Below are positions 16,708 to 27,471 of a stretch of DNA of 64,000 nt, one piece after another. Made by a program: the position numbers and the translations under genes. Location: positions 1,364,001 to 1,428,000 of the forward strand of contig JADEYG010000009.1 of NCBI GenBank assembly GCA_016906335.1, in the 5' to 3' direction. The DNA comes from Novakomyces olei. Lineage: Eukaryota. Below the pieces are notes generated by a model. That model had not been told where the DNA came from. It worked only from the letters and a program-made list of their open reading frames with translations, and ran no database searches. Each line of letters starts with the position of its first letter. Position 1 is the first letter of the stretch.

Positions 16708-16800
16708 TCTTTTGATGAACACGGCCTGACATCGTCCATTCAGTCGGTTTGTTTTAATTGACTGAAAAATCGATGTAAAACAGCCAATAACCCGAGGCCT
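16708..16800. ncRNA. Candidate structured ncRNA (C/D-box-like on +, or intronic RNA on -)
   Basis: TGATGA (16713-18), CTGA (16726-29 and 16762-65), nested helices GGCCT/AGGCC, ACATCG/CGATGT, TTCAGTCGGTT/AATTGACTGAA; no convincing ORF. Confidence 0.35.
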
Positions 16801-17249
16801 TACTGGACACCAAACTTGAGTCGAATCCGCCAATAAGCAATGCACCTTGAAACTAACTAACCCTAACCCTATACGACTTTTAAGTATCTAGTGTTCATTC
16901 AAGAGTAAGTATTCTACTTATAGTATTCTTGTGAACAAAGTAAGCAGTTTTAAACGCGTGCGTAACATAGATATCTATCTATATACAATGTTACTCATTC
17001 GCACTATTATAGTACTGATAAACGAAAAACAAGTCCAGTATAATAACGCAAGTAAAATACCACACGCTAGCTCAGGACGGCCGGCCGTCTTTCTCCGTTT
17101 ACATTCAGTTAGTGAGTTGTTCTGGCGTGTTGCTAGTTCCCGTGCGAATAGGCTATACGCACGCGGATAAGCACAAGCTCAAGGCTTCAAGATTCACGTA
17201 CTAATAGCGTCTAAGCTTCTCGGCTGTGCCAAAAGCACACACGTACACA

Positions 17250-18181
17250 ATGGGCAGCAATTCTGCAGGAGTAAGCGATGCTGATCCTCAATCTCCACAC
17301 CCTCAGCCGGCCTCACATGCAGAGCAAACCAGTGTGAAAAGTATGGATAACACTTTGCTTCAAGATGAACAGCAGCAACATCATCGTCAGCAAGGAGGAG
17401 AAGGAGATTCAGTACAGTCAGCCAAAGTGGAGCCATCACAAACGGAGCAAAATAGATTGGATCAAATAGGAGAAATAGGTAAAATTTCTTCAAACACAAG
17501 TGCAAAGTCCAATCGGGACAAGGGCCAGGTGAAAAAGGCGCGACGGCGGATTATATTCCTACACGAAAATGGCGTTCGTTTCGGACTTGGCGTTCTCCCG
17601 GAGGAACTGATCCAGGCCGCTGGAGTCAAGAATTCTTCATTGGATATAAGCGTTGGTGGCACTGCTGCTCCTCTGGCAGGTAGCAATGATATCGAAGATG
17701 AGTTTGGTGGTCGTCTGGGGACTGTGAAGGCCTTAAAGCGGGTTTTACTATCGCACTGGCCTAGTGGTAAGGATGCCTGTGCATATTTTGCGGCTTGCGT
17801 ATACTAACTTTGTCTAGATTTTGGAGAGGCTCCAGATACGTATGATCGGCTTCGGTTCATATACCTGGGACGCCTATTGATGGATGACCTGCTACTTAAG
17901 GGTATCGATAATGATGAATTAAAGAGGAATTCTAACATGATTTGAAGATGCTCTGAAATTGGCACAGAGTAATGTGGTACATGTGTCCGTGCGGCCGGAG
18001 GATTTTAGTCTCAAAGACGCTCAAGGTTGGTGTTTTGTCTTTTTTTGTTTTTGTTTTCTTCTTCTTTTTTCCTTCGTCGTATCTCTTTGCACCGTTTTGC
18101 ATGTTTTTCGATTGATCAATCAATGCTAATTTCATAGTATCCGAGCCCACGACTACTTCGCGTTGCTGCATCGTCATGTAG
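17250..18181 (+). CDS. UBL3/MUB-like membrane-anchored ubiquitin-fold protein with C-terminal CaaX
   Basis: Exons 17250-17766, 17818-17901, 17948-18025, 18138-18181. TVKALKRVLLSHWP..DRLRFIYLGRLLMD..NVVHVSVRP..SRCCIVM*. Confidence 0.85.
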
Positions 18182-18574
18182 TCTTGTGTATATAGTGTCC
18201 CATGAAGCTTGTTTATAGTGGAATTTTGCGTGGAATCTTCGGTTATTGGTGACGTTTTTGTGTAATATTATTGGATTTAACGTATTCAGTAGAGACAGGC
18301 AGCGGTCATGCTCTTGTATTTATTTCTCCCTATTCATTTTGTTTGTATTGCAATTGTAACGTGCTTTGTGAATTCGTTTCTAGAAAAGTATGCAGGCCTA
18401 TCTATTTAATGCTTCTCTAATTGTGCTCATGGCAATTTTTAATCACTAAATTATGGACTTTTTGGTATTTTTGTAGTATTTAGTACCTTTCGAGTTTGTA
18501 GTATTTTTGTGATACAATGTCAACATTATTGATTGTGTTTATTTAACCGCTTTTGCTTCCTTTACTTTAGATAC

Positions 18575-18735
18575 CTTAGCGTTGAACCATAGTCCCCGCC
18601 CAAACTAAAGGTGGGGTAACGACAAATACTGTGTATTGAGATTGTTGTCTGCACACGTAGCAATGCCTCGCTCTGAATCCACTAATCCTCTTTCCGTAAT
18701 AGGAGTGTGGATCCCGAGGCCGTCTTTCACGTGAA
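18575..18735 (-). ncRNA. Candidate H/ACA-like snoRNA
   Basis: Minus-strand hairpin with lower stem CACGUG/UACGUG, an internal pocket and upper stem GCCUCG/CGAGGC; ANANNA box (AGACAA) 14 nt from the upper stem; a second GC-rich hairpin follows; no clear ACA box. Confidence 0.4.
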
Positions 18736-19189
18736 ATCGAGATTATAACGTCCATATTATTATACATCAGGCCATATGCTATTATTTTAAATATTTATAT
18801 TTTAATTATTTAGCCCTTTTGATGCAATATATCTTCACCTCCGTATCAATTCAAGCTCGATATTCAGTCGGACAGCCAGAAATATTCATTTGCTGCCACT
18901 GTCATTAGCCTACGAATGCCATTATCTATTAATCTGGATCGATTACCTTTTTAGATACTTATCGCCAACTCGAAGCTTGGTTAAAAAGTCCTAATTGCTG
19001 TTATATTGAATGGATAATTAATCGGCTATAATATTTGAAATACAAAATAATAGTGCTACACAAACGATCAATTCCATTCTAGTTAGCGTGTGCTTATCCA
19101 ATCCACTATATTAAGCTTCAATAACTAACGCGTTGACCTATAAACCTGAGTAAATATATTATATTACCGGCTCTCCCATCTGGTGTCTC

Positions 19190-20273
19190 ATGTTCAAACA
19201 GAAGCCGACTATACAAGTTCCTGGAGCGTATGCGCTACCAGAACGGAGACCTCGTTTATGGCTTTTTGGGACAGGGCGACGCCGCTGGATTGGAATTGTC
19301 GCTCTTTTGGGGGCGATTATGATCGTCGGTTCAATGGCAGCCATCCATCTTGCACGATTAGAGAACTGCCTTTTGACGACTGCCGTTTTCACGGCAGCAG
19401 CACCAATAAACGGTGGTAAACTAGATCACTTGGTCATAGTTCCTGGGCACGCAATATGGCTTGGCGGTGGTAATGGCTCAACTACCGACGAGTGGTTCTT
19501 GGAATCTTATCAGATGGATGACGCACCGCAATTTACCCATCATATCGATACAGCGGCAAGCATAGTCGAAAATGATGAAAATGCATTGCTAGTTTTTAGC
19601 GGGTAATTTGCACTGAATTTTGTATTTATTTTTCAAATGGTTTGAATATTATTGTTTTTGTGTGTGTGTGTTTTGGCCCGTTTTTTGCCCTGTATATGGT
19701 ATCTATCGAGGGTCTAATGTATTTTAGAGGCCAAACACGACGTGCAGCCGGCCCACGTAGCGAAGCGCAGAGCTACTATGAGCTGTGGAGGACGCGTCAC
19801 ACTTTTCATGAGCGTGTAGCTCTTGAAGAATACGCACGTGATTCTTTAGAGAACCTTTTATTTTCTCTTGCAAGGTATTCCCAATCTTTTCTTCACCTTT
19901 GGTTTACAAGATATTCCCATTAACATGCAGATTTCACGAGTACACAGACACGTGGCCCGGCAAGGTGACCATAGTTGGATTCGCTTTTAAACGGCGGCGG
20001 TTTGAAACTTTACATCGAAGGGCCGTCGGGCTTCCGAGCCATGCGTTTAATTACATCGGAGAGGGCGACGAAGACACGAAGGAGGCTACTTTGGACGCGT
20101 TTGCGCATGATCTTTATGCGTGCCATGATGATACGCTAATGGAAAAGCGTAAAAAACGTAATCCATGGCGTCGGCGCCATGGGTATGACATTTCTTGTCC
20201 CCTATTAGCCCCGCTTCTTGCTTATTGTCCTACGGACGGAGTTTCAGTATACCCAGGGGCATTACCTTGGTAA
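19190..20273 (+). CDS. DUF218/YOR238W-like membrane-anchored protein
   Basis: Introns 19603-19727 and 19875-19930. HLVIVPGHAIW, LLVFSGGQTR..SEAQSY, EEYARDSLENLLFSLARFHE, GFAFKRRRF, KRKKRNPW. Confidence 0.85.
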
Positions 20274-20520
20274 GATCAACAGGAAAGGATCACAGTGGGA
20301 ATCGGGCATATAGAGATATCAGGCCAGGCTTTGGGATAGTGTGCCCGCCTATGCATTATGCATACAGCTCTTCTTACAGGCTTACTATATATACAGTGTT
20401 AGATATGTGTGCATTCATTTGTGGCCAGAATGAGCCAGTCTTCGTAATGGCTATAGACGCAGACGAAGAGATTGATCTTTTCCAACTAAGACTTTTTTTC
20501 AACTAGATAGTCGTTTAATT

Positions 20521-20551
<31 letters not shown>

Positions 20552-20887
20552 GTCCTTTTAGTTTCGACTTAATTTCATTGCATTACCTATACAAACTTCA
20601 ATTATATAGACTTAAACTAACAACGTATCCCACACGAAATATTCTATATATAAAAATAGTCTGGGTTAATGTAACCAATTTATGTCGGCGCACACTAGTC
20701 ACAATTGTCGAGTACTAGTCTCATAACATAATCCATACACGACAAGTACAGGCTGCTGCCCAGACTCACGCCAACGTGGGTATGACGGCCAACTGCGTGG
20801 GGTAAAGTACAGCGTACGATTACCAATAACTACGAATCAGTTTTCCATAGTTTGACTGGGACCAACAGGCTTCTTGTAAGCAAAGCT

Positions 20888-22400
20888 ATGCGAGTTCCGC
20901 GCTTTAGCCGGCCAGCAGTATTGACAAGATGCATCTGCCGGCGGAGCTCCGCGGCTTTTGCGCGCAAGATTACGACGCAGAGGGAAATTGGCCATGGATT
21001 TGACGTCTATCGCTCAAGCTCCGAGCTGCCGATCGGATTTGGGCGCAATCAGCTGATGCCGATCGACGCTGAAATGCGGGAAAGGTTACGTGCATTATTA
21101 TGGGACTTTCGTGCTCCTATTCGCGTCGCTTTTGCTTATGGCAGCGGAATTTTCAAGCAGACGGGGTACGACAACAAGGTACTATTAGTCATTGACTTTG
21201 TCAATATACTAATTTACGTTTAGGAGCGGCCAATGGTTGATCTTGTTTTTGGCGTAACACACGCTCAGCATTGGCATTCGCTCAATATTGCCCAACATCC
21301 CGAGCACTATTCGTTTTTGGGCCGATTTGGTTCGCGCGCAGTTAGTTTTGTGCAAGAAAACATGGGTGCCCGTGTGTATTACAACACTTATGTTCATATG
21401 CACGATATGGTAAGTGCCTGGTCCCGTTCCCGTAGTGGGCGTCCTCTTTATTCATGAAAATAAGGCTGCCTGCAATGGCGCGTACTTTTTTTGTCGTTTA
21501 TACGAACGCGTATGGCCATGTGGTGCTGCTTCATGTTTTGTTACCGGTGCCCCATAAGCATGATCAATCTACGCTCTACATGATCAAGATCGTATATATT
21601 ATAATTAGCATTATTTGTTTGTATTCATGTCTTTTGTTGGCAAATATCTTACTCATCAGGTACTCAAGTACGGTGTGATCACGTTGAGCGACTTGCAGAG
21701 GGACCTTACCGAGTGGGAAACTTTATATATGGCTGGTCGACTACACAAACCGGTAAAAATCTTGAGGGACACACCCGATTTCCGGCTCGGGAACCAGATA
21801 AATTTGATATCTGCCTTGAGGCTGGCACTTTTATTGCTACCTGAGAATTTTACAGAACCACAACTGTATTACGTACTAGCAGGCTTGTCTTATCGCGGTG
21901 ATTTACGAATGGCGCTGGGGGGTGAAAACCCTAATAAAGTGCGTAATATTGTGGAAGCACAATTGCTACAGTTTCAACGGCTATATGCCCCACTGATAGA
22001 ACAACTACCTAATGTTGCCAGAGTACAAGGCGCAAGCGATAATGCAACACTTCAGCAAGACATGGACCCTCAACGCCGTGGAAATATGGTGCATCGGCTA
22101 CCTGCACGATTACGGGCTCTGCTCTATGCGGCTTACCGCCGGGAGGCTCGATCCGCAGAAGAGCAACAGGAAGCTATTCAGGCTATTGCTGCTCAACAGT
22201 CACAGTCAAGCGCAGGAGCAACTGCTTTTGACTTGAGAATAGCACAAGATCAGCGGCTGGCCGATCAATTAGAGCGCGCTGTGACTGCAACAGTAGGCTG
22301 GTCTAGTGCAATTCAAAGTATAAAGGGCCTCCTTACTGCGGGACCCATAAAAAGTTTCACTTATGCCGGCGCAAAACTGGGCAAAGCCAGTCGGCGGTAG
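20888..22400 (+). CDS. TAM41: Mitochondrial phosphatidate cytidylyltransferase Tam41
   Basis: Introns 21179-21223 and 21410-21659. R-rich presequence, AFAYGSGIFKQ, MVDLVFGV..HWHSLN..HYS, KYGV, LYMAGRLHKPV, SYRGDLRM..GENPNKVRNIV, QSIKGLLTAG. Confidence 0.95.
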
Positions 22401-23136
22401 TGTTGCTTGTTATAGATAAAAGTAATGATATTATGCTCAATATGCCCAACATATAGTCACGTGACTTTGTATTAGTCTAAGGTTACTTGTTTGTGACTTT
22501 GTATGTATTAGAACGGGGCGTCGAAATGCAAAATACTAGTAACCCAGCGCCTTTGGCCATTGTCCCTTGGGTGAGCAGCTCATTTTAAGAGACGCGAAGC
22601 TAAACTGTGTATACCAGAATAGCAATTTTGAAGGCGCAATAGTACTTTTGTCTATGCTTTCATGTATTCATTGAATAAAGTATTTGGTATCACGATTGGC
22701 ATTTCATTTGGATCAAGTTTACCGAACCTTTTAACCGAAACTTTTTATGTGACGTTTGCTCTACAACTACAATAATAATCAGTTTAATAATCAGTTTAGC
22801 CATGTACACAGCAAAATATTGGTCACACCGTGGCCGAGATGGAAGATAGTAGAAACGAGGCCAATATTTCAAGCTGAGTCATCGCGAGACTTGAGCTGAT
22901 AGACATGTCGAAACCAAAAATTTGCGCCAATACGATGGGGTTCACGTGAAGTGCGTACGAGATACTTGGGGTTTGGATTAATAAGCGGATAAAGGAAGAC
23001 AGATATGTAGAAATATATTGCAATTAAACCGCCACGAGTCGCATCGTCTTCGACCTTTAACTTGTTCAGGGTCGATACTAATGGGTAACAGCTACAGCAT
23101 TGCGCTGCCAATTGCTAACAAGCTTCCATAATGCAT

Positions 23137-23350
23137 TTATCGGTACTTTTGAGTTGTTAGCACCAGTGATAAAGATCCATTGTAATACCTTGGTGAAACC
23201 AATATCGTTCGCCTTCTCACGGAAGGACTGACGGCAGAGATTGATGCCGTACTTGCGGACGATAGCGTTGCGGTTGGACGTGATGCGGCACCGCCGGCTG
23301 CCCTTTCCGTATGTCTTTGGGTGCGAGTTCCAAACGTTTGCGTGAGCCAT
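23137..23350 (-). CDS. RPS29: 40S ribosomal protein uS14 (S29)
   Basis: [44 protein letters not shown]. Intron 23146-23188. Confidence 0.96.
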
Positions 23351-23406
23351 GTTGAGTAGATGGGAAACGTTGTGCGCCTGTGTCTCTTCACGGTTTGTTA
23401 TGTGAG

Positions 23407-23423
23407 CAGTCACACCCTACCCT
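23407..23423 (-). promoter_or_regulatory. Overlapping HomolD (CAGTCACA) and HomolE (ACCCTACCCT) upstream of RPS29
   Basis: Exact consensus matches sharing base 23414, ~57 bp upstream of the ATG. Confidence 0.9.
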
Positions 23424-23489
23424 AACGCAAATGGATATTATTATTATTATGTAAGTAACTTGTTATGCATAACATATTAAGTATAACGA

Positions 23490-23553
23490 ATTAAGCGTAA
23501 CGTATTAAGCGTAACGTATTAAGCATAGCATATTAAGCGTAACGTATTAAGCA
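23490..23553. repeat. 14-bp tandem repeat (ATTAAGCGTAACGT)
   Basis: Directly visible, ~4.5 copies. Confidence 0.9.
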
Positions 23554-24708
23554 TTATTATATGGCAGATATACCAGCTTATCGTTCAGGCAATTTCAAGA
23601 TTGCACAATTCAAGTTTGACTCAAATATTTTGATTGCAAACTTGTATGACAAAAATCTTACTTATATTGATGTGGGACAGTACACATGTCACTTTGAATT
23701 CATAATATTAAATGTTCAGCAGGTTGCAAAGCTAAGTTTATGGCGAGCGATGATTAATCTGCGGAGTATGTTGTTGCTTGCTGAGACTTTTGAACTAAAA
23801 TAAATAAATAAATGAACGGAATATATAGAATTGTGTCTAGCTCCCAGCTTGTACCAGCCCTGGCCGCCAAAGGCCCCGGAGCAGGCTCGGTTTCCAGATA
23901 GTACCGCGTGGAGGGGTATTAGTACTTCTAACGAGTATTTCTGCTTACTACGTATTATAATTAACGACACTTAATTATATTTTTTGGATGTGGCCATCTT
24001 GAAATAGACGTGAGATCTATGGTAAGCTTTAAATTGTATTTTGAAACTACTTCAAGACGTTCCGTGACACAACTAAAAAACACAATTAATAATAGTACAA
24101 TTTGTAAAAGGTCGCGTTCACGTGACCGTGATTACGAACAGTCAAAGTAACGCGACGAGTATTAGTAAAAGAGTTCAAGTAATCACGACTATACTACATT
24201 ATTATTTTTTAAAGCAGTAGACAAGTGACGATGATTTCTAGGTATAAATTCCAAAATGATAGCAATGTTTTTACTTTCATCAGTCTGGTAAAAGCTCCCG
24301 AAAGGATTATTGATGTATGAAGATCAGAGACGAATGCTTCAACAGTCCATCTTCATTCGGCATTCGGTTTAGAATTTTTTATCGTGATCTCCATGATAAA
24401 TAAACATGGGATACCTGTTACATGCAGATTATGTTTAACAAAAAGTACACATATTTATCAATCGACTTGCTCCAAACTAACAATGCTAAATACTAATGTG
24501 ACATATCATATCATATCTACACTCTATTATGCAATCTAATTTAATAAAGATTGTCCCGTTCCACGACTCAAATCGGTATCGTAGTAAACATAGCAAGCAC
24601 ACACAAACTCGTAGCCGTCATACTTTTAATTTCCTTTCCGTTTGACTAGTCCGTCTAGTCGCCGATTCTTTTCCTCTAATTCCACGATCGACCTCTTTCC
24701 CTTAATCA

Positions 24709-26538
24709 CTAATGTTTTTCCATTGCGATTTCTTCATAAAACCCGTCATTACGCTCACTATCCCAATCTTTCTCTTCCCTTGAATGAGGAAAAAGACGTT
24801 GATGCAAAAGTGCGAAAATGCCCACAAATGCAATACACGCTCCTAGCAAAAGCATAAACCCAGACACGAGCCATCTAATAGAAACCACACGAGGTTCTTC
24901 CCATAATTGCGCAGACGGCTGATTGCTTCGAATGTCCCAGCGCCTAGTTTTGCCCAAAAGCCGACCATCTGCAGAGAACGCGTGTACAGTCACAACAAAG
25001 TCGCCACTGTCTGCTACCTGCATAAAACTTGTAGTCTCAAACCCGGTCCGTGGATAAGTCTGAAGGAGATGTAGCACAGAGGATACGCGATACAAACTGT
25101 AATAAGCAACTTCAGTAGCACCGTTCCACGAGACAGATACATAGTAGCCGTCAGCACTAGACTTGGAATCCGAACTAGCATCAGCATTAGCGGCGGAATT
25201 AGTGCTAGTATTGGCAAAACTACTAGAATTAGCACAATTTACAGTGCTAGAAGAAATAACAAAATCTGTCTCTGGAGGTTCCCCCCGCCATGCGTGTAAT
25301 CGTGTACGATAAGAACCCATAACTCCGTTTGGCCCAAACTGTGCATGATACAGTACCTTTCCGGAAGATCGGCCATGGATGCTGAAATGCGGATCCCAGC
25401 CCCATCCAAGCACAATAAAATCGTCATATAATTGCATACTGCCTTCAGCACGGGAGACAGTATCCACAGTGTACTCTGCCACAGTAGACGCTCGCATACG
25501 CGTCAGATCCAGCTCGAGCAAAAGGCCGCGCGAGGGCCCCCTGCGATCAGGGTCATTTTCACTTTCCGTATGGCCATTGTCAAATAGTGAAACTACATTT
25601 GGGTACTGTTGGAAACGAGCATCATGCTGGTAGCGGAAGGTTGATGATGTGTCAAACGTAAAATCAGATTTCTTTCCGCCAAGTGTCCATATTATTTTAC
25701 CATCTACCCCGGAAACGAGGCAGATAGCGGAATGGTAACGGAAGGAAACGAGATAATCACCGTGTGGCGTCTTTTCAATCGAGTTTATGTGTGCGTAATC
25801 ATACGGGAAATCGTTTCCACGAGGAGCGTTGGGCCGATAAGAATCCCAGTGGGAAAGATGGTCACGAGAAGACCAGGCAAACAGCAGCTCACCCGTTTCG
25901 ATATCAACCTCCTGGAAAAGGCTGTGCAGTATTAACGTTTCATTGGCTCCGTAAGATTTGCTCCAAGAACTAGCGTCAATTGTTTCGTACTCGTATATTG
26001 TAAAAATTGCCGTATCTTGGGCAGTAATAATAAACTCGTGCATGTCGCCCCCTGGAAATCCAACAGGCCGGACGCGTGCCACTTCAATGTATGAAGAGTC
26101 CAAGATGACATAGCTTCCATCACCGAAACCAATGCTTACAATATTACCGTCGAAAAAAGTTAGAACTTGCTGGTCCTTGTACCGCTGCACTGCGAGATTT
26201 TCTGCATTGCTAATGGCCTTTTCTGCTCCAATCCAGATAGGCGAACCTCCGAGGTCCATAATAATGGGTCCACGAAGGGACCAGCCTTCGTCTTCATTAT
26301 GTTCATTGTAAAAAAAATTGCAAAAAAAGAGGTATGCGCTGGGGGGTAGGGTCTCCACGAATGACTTGCCATTCGGGACGGGTTGCAGGATATTGAGCTC
26401 GGGGCAATTTAGCGCTGTGGAATTGAATTTTTGTACGCGAGGCTGATCTGTCCAGCCTTGAGCACGAAAGGACACAGAGTCGCACTGTACAAGCAAAGGT
26501 AGAAATAGTGCTGTTAAAAAGAGACGGACAGGCTTCAT
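24709..26538 (-). CDS. Arylsulfotransferase (ASST)-like protein with signal peptide and C-terminal TM
   Basis: Intronless. GDMHEFIIT, FQEVDIETGELLFAWSS.DH, DYAHINSIEK..GDYLVSFR, IWTLGGK, FRYQHDARF, LFDNG, VSWNGATEV. Confidence 0.88.
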   Translation of the reverse strand: MKPVRLFLTALFLPLLVQCDSVSFRAQGWTDQPRVQKFNSTALNCPELNILQPVPNGKSFVETLPPSAYLFFCNFFYNEHNEDEGWSLRGPIIMDLGGSPIWIGAEKAISNAENLAVQRYKDQQVLTFFDGNIVSIGFGDGSYVILDSSYIEVARVRPVGFPGGDMHEFIITAQDTAIFTIYEYETIDASSWSKSYGANETLILHSLFQEVDIETGELLFAWSSRDHLSHWDSYRPNAPRGNDFPYDYAHINSIEKTPHGDYLVSFRYHSAICLVSGVDGKIIWTLGGKKSDFTFDTSSTFRYQHDARFQQYPNVVSLFDNGHTESENDPDRRGPSRGLLLELDLTRMRASTVAEYTVDTVSRAEGSMQLYDDFIVLGWGWDPHFSIHGRSSGKVLYHAQFGPNGVMGSYRTRLHAWRGEPPETDFVISSSTVNCANSSSFANTSTNSAANADASSDSKSSADGYYVSVSWNGATEVAYYSLYRVSSVLHLLQTYPRTGFETTSFMQVADSGDFVVTVHAFSADGRLLGKTRRWDIRSNQPSAQLWEEPRVVSIRWLVSGFMLLLGACIAFVGIFALLHQRLFPHSREEKDWDSERNDGFYEEIAMEKH

Positions 26539-26935
26539 ATAGGAACCACAATGCTATTCTTTTTCAGACACAATACAAGTTCTATAAAACGGCAGGCAAT
26601 AAAAGTACATAAAATATACACAAGACCTCTAGAGGTAGAGCAGTGTCATTGAAATGCAAGAGGAACGAACGGTCAGTGCGAAAGAAAAACAATAATCAAA
26701 CAATGATATCAAATGCCAAATAGTGAATCAAAGAAGGTGCGGCATTAGCCTCAAAACTGGCGTACAGCGTCAAACGAGATAAATCAACATTCGATAAAAA
26801 ATCAATTTGATCAGTGGCTTTGCTTTAGGTGATGCATTAAAAAATTTACGCGACCAAAATATAAAACTATATCAAACGATAAATTAGTAAATCGATAGAA
26901 TCTCTACGCCTTTATGGCCTGTTGGGACAACCAAC

Positions 26936-27007
26936 GGTCGCGTGGAACAATGGTAGTTCGCCAGACTTCGGATCTGGAAGTTGCGAGTTCGAGTCTCGTC
27001 GTGATCG
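26936..27007 (+). tRNA. tRNA-Arg (anticodon TCG), intronless
   Basis: Acceptor GGTCGCG/CGTGATC, D-arm GAAC/GTTC, anticodon arm CCAGA-CT TCG GA-TCTGG, T-arm GCGAG-TTCGAGT-CTCGT, downstream T-run (Pol III terminator). Confidence 0.93.
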
Positions 27008-27471
27008 CATTATTTTTTTCGATTTGTTTCCCATGTATATTTTACTTGATTATTTGCCCAATGCCTACGTATAAGTGTATAATTTCGATATACACAATCC
27101 ACGATCAGGCTCACCATACACATTGGAAATCGAGCCTTTGGATAAGTTGAAACGCTTGTTCAGAGCAATAGCAAATCAATCTATAGTGGGCCATGAGAAT
27201 CAATAAAAGTATAAATATTAGTATTATTTACGAAAATATAAAACAGCAATACAAAAAAATGCATTACTCCCACAAACCGCTTCAAGTGCATCATCGCCTT
27301 TACAAGCATTCTAGTAAACAAGAAACAAAATTAGATAATGAATCTTTTGCTCACTATTCTCAAGACGATAGTGGCCCAATTCTTGTCACTAGACCATTTC
27401 CGACCTGCAACAGTCCTCCAATGTTCGGAATTCAGAGCTAAAAAAGGTGACAATCAAGTGAACGCTCTCCC

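Noticed and set aside
16720-16871. Telomerase RNA (pseudoknot-like core next to CTAACCCTAACCC)
   Set aside because: Order and strand do not fit: on + the template-like tract lies 3' of the structure, and on - it reads TTAGGG; the triple-helix A-run pairing is poor.
18585-18620. RNase MRP/P (AGTCCCC motif)
   Set aside because: No matching downstream GGGGCT CR-V element or other conserved regions were found.
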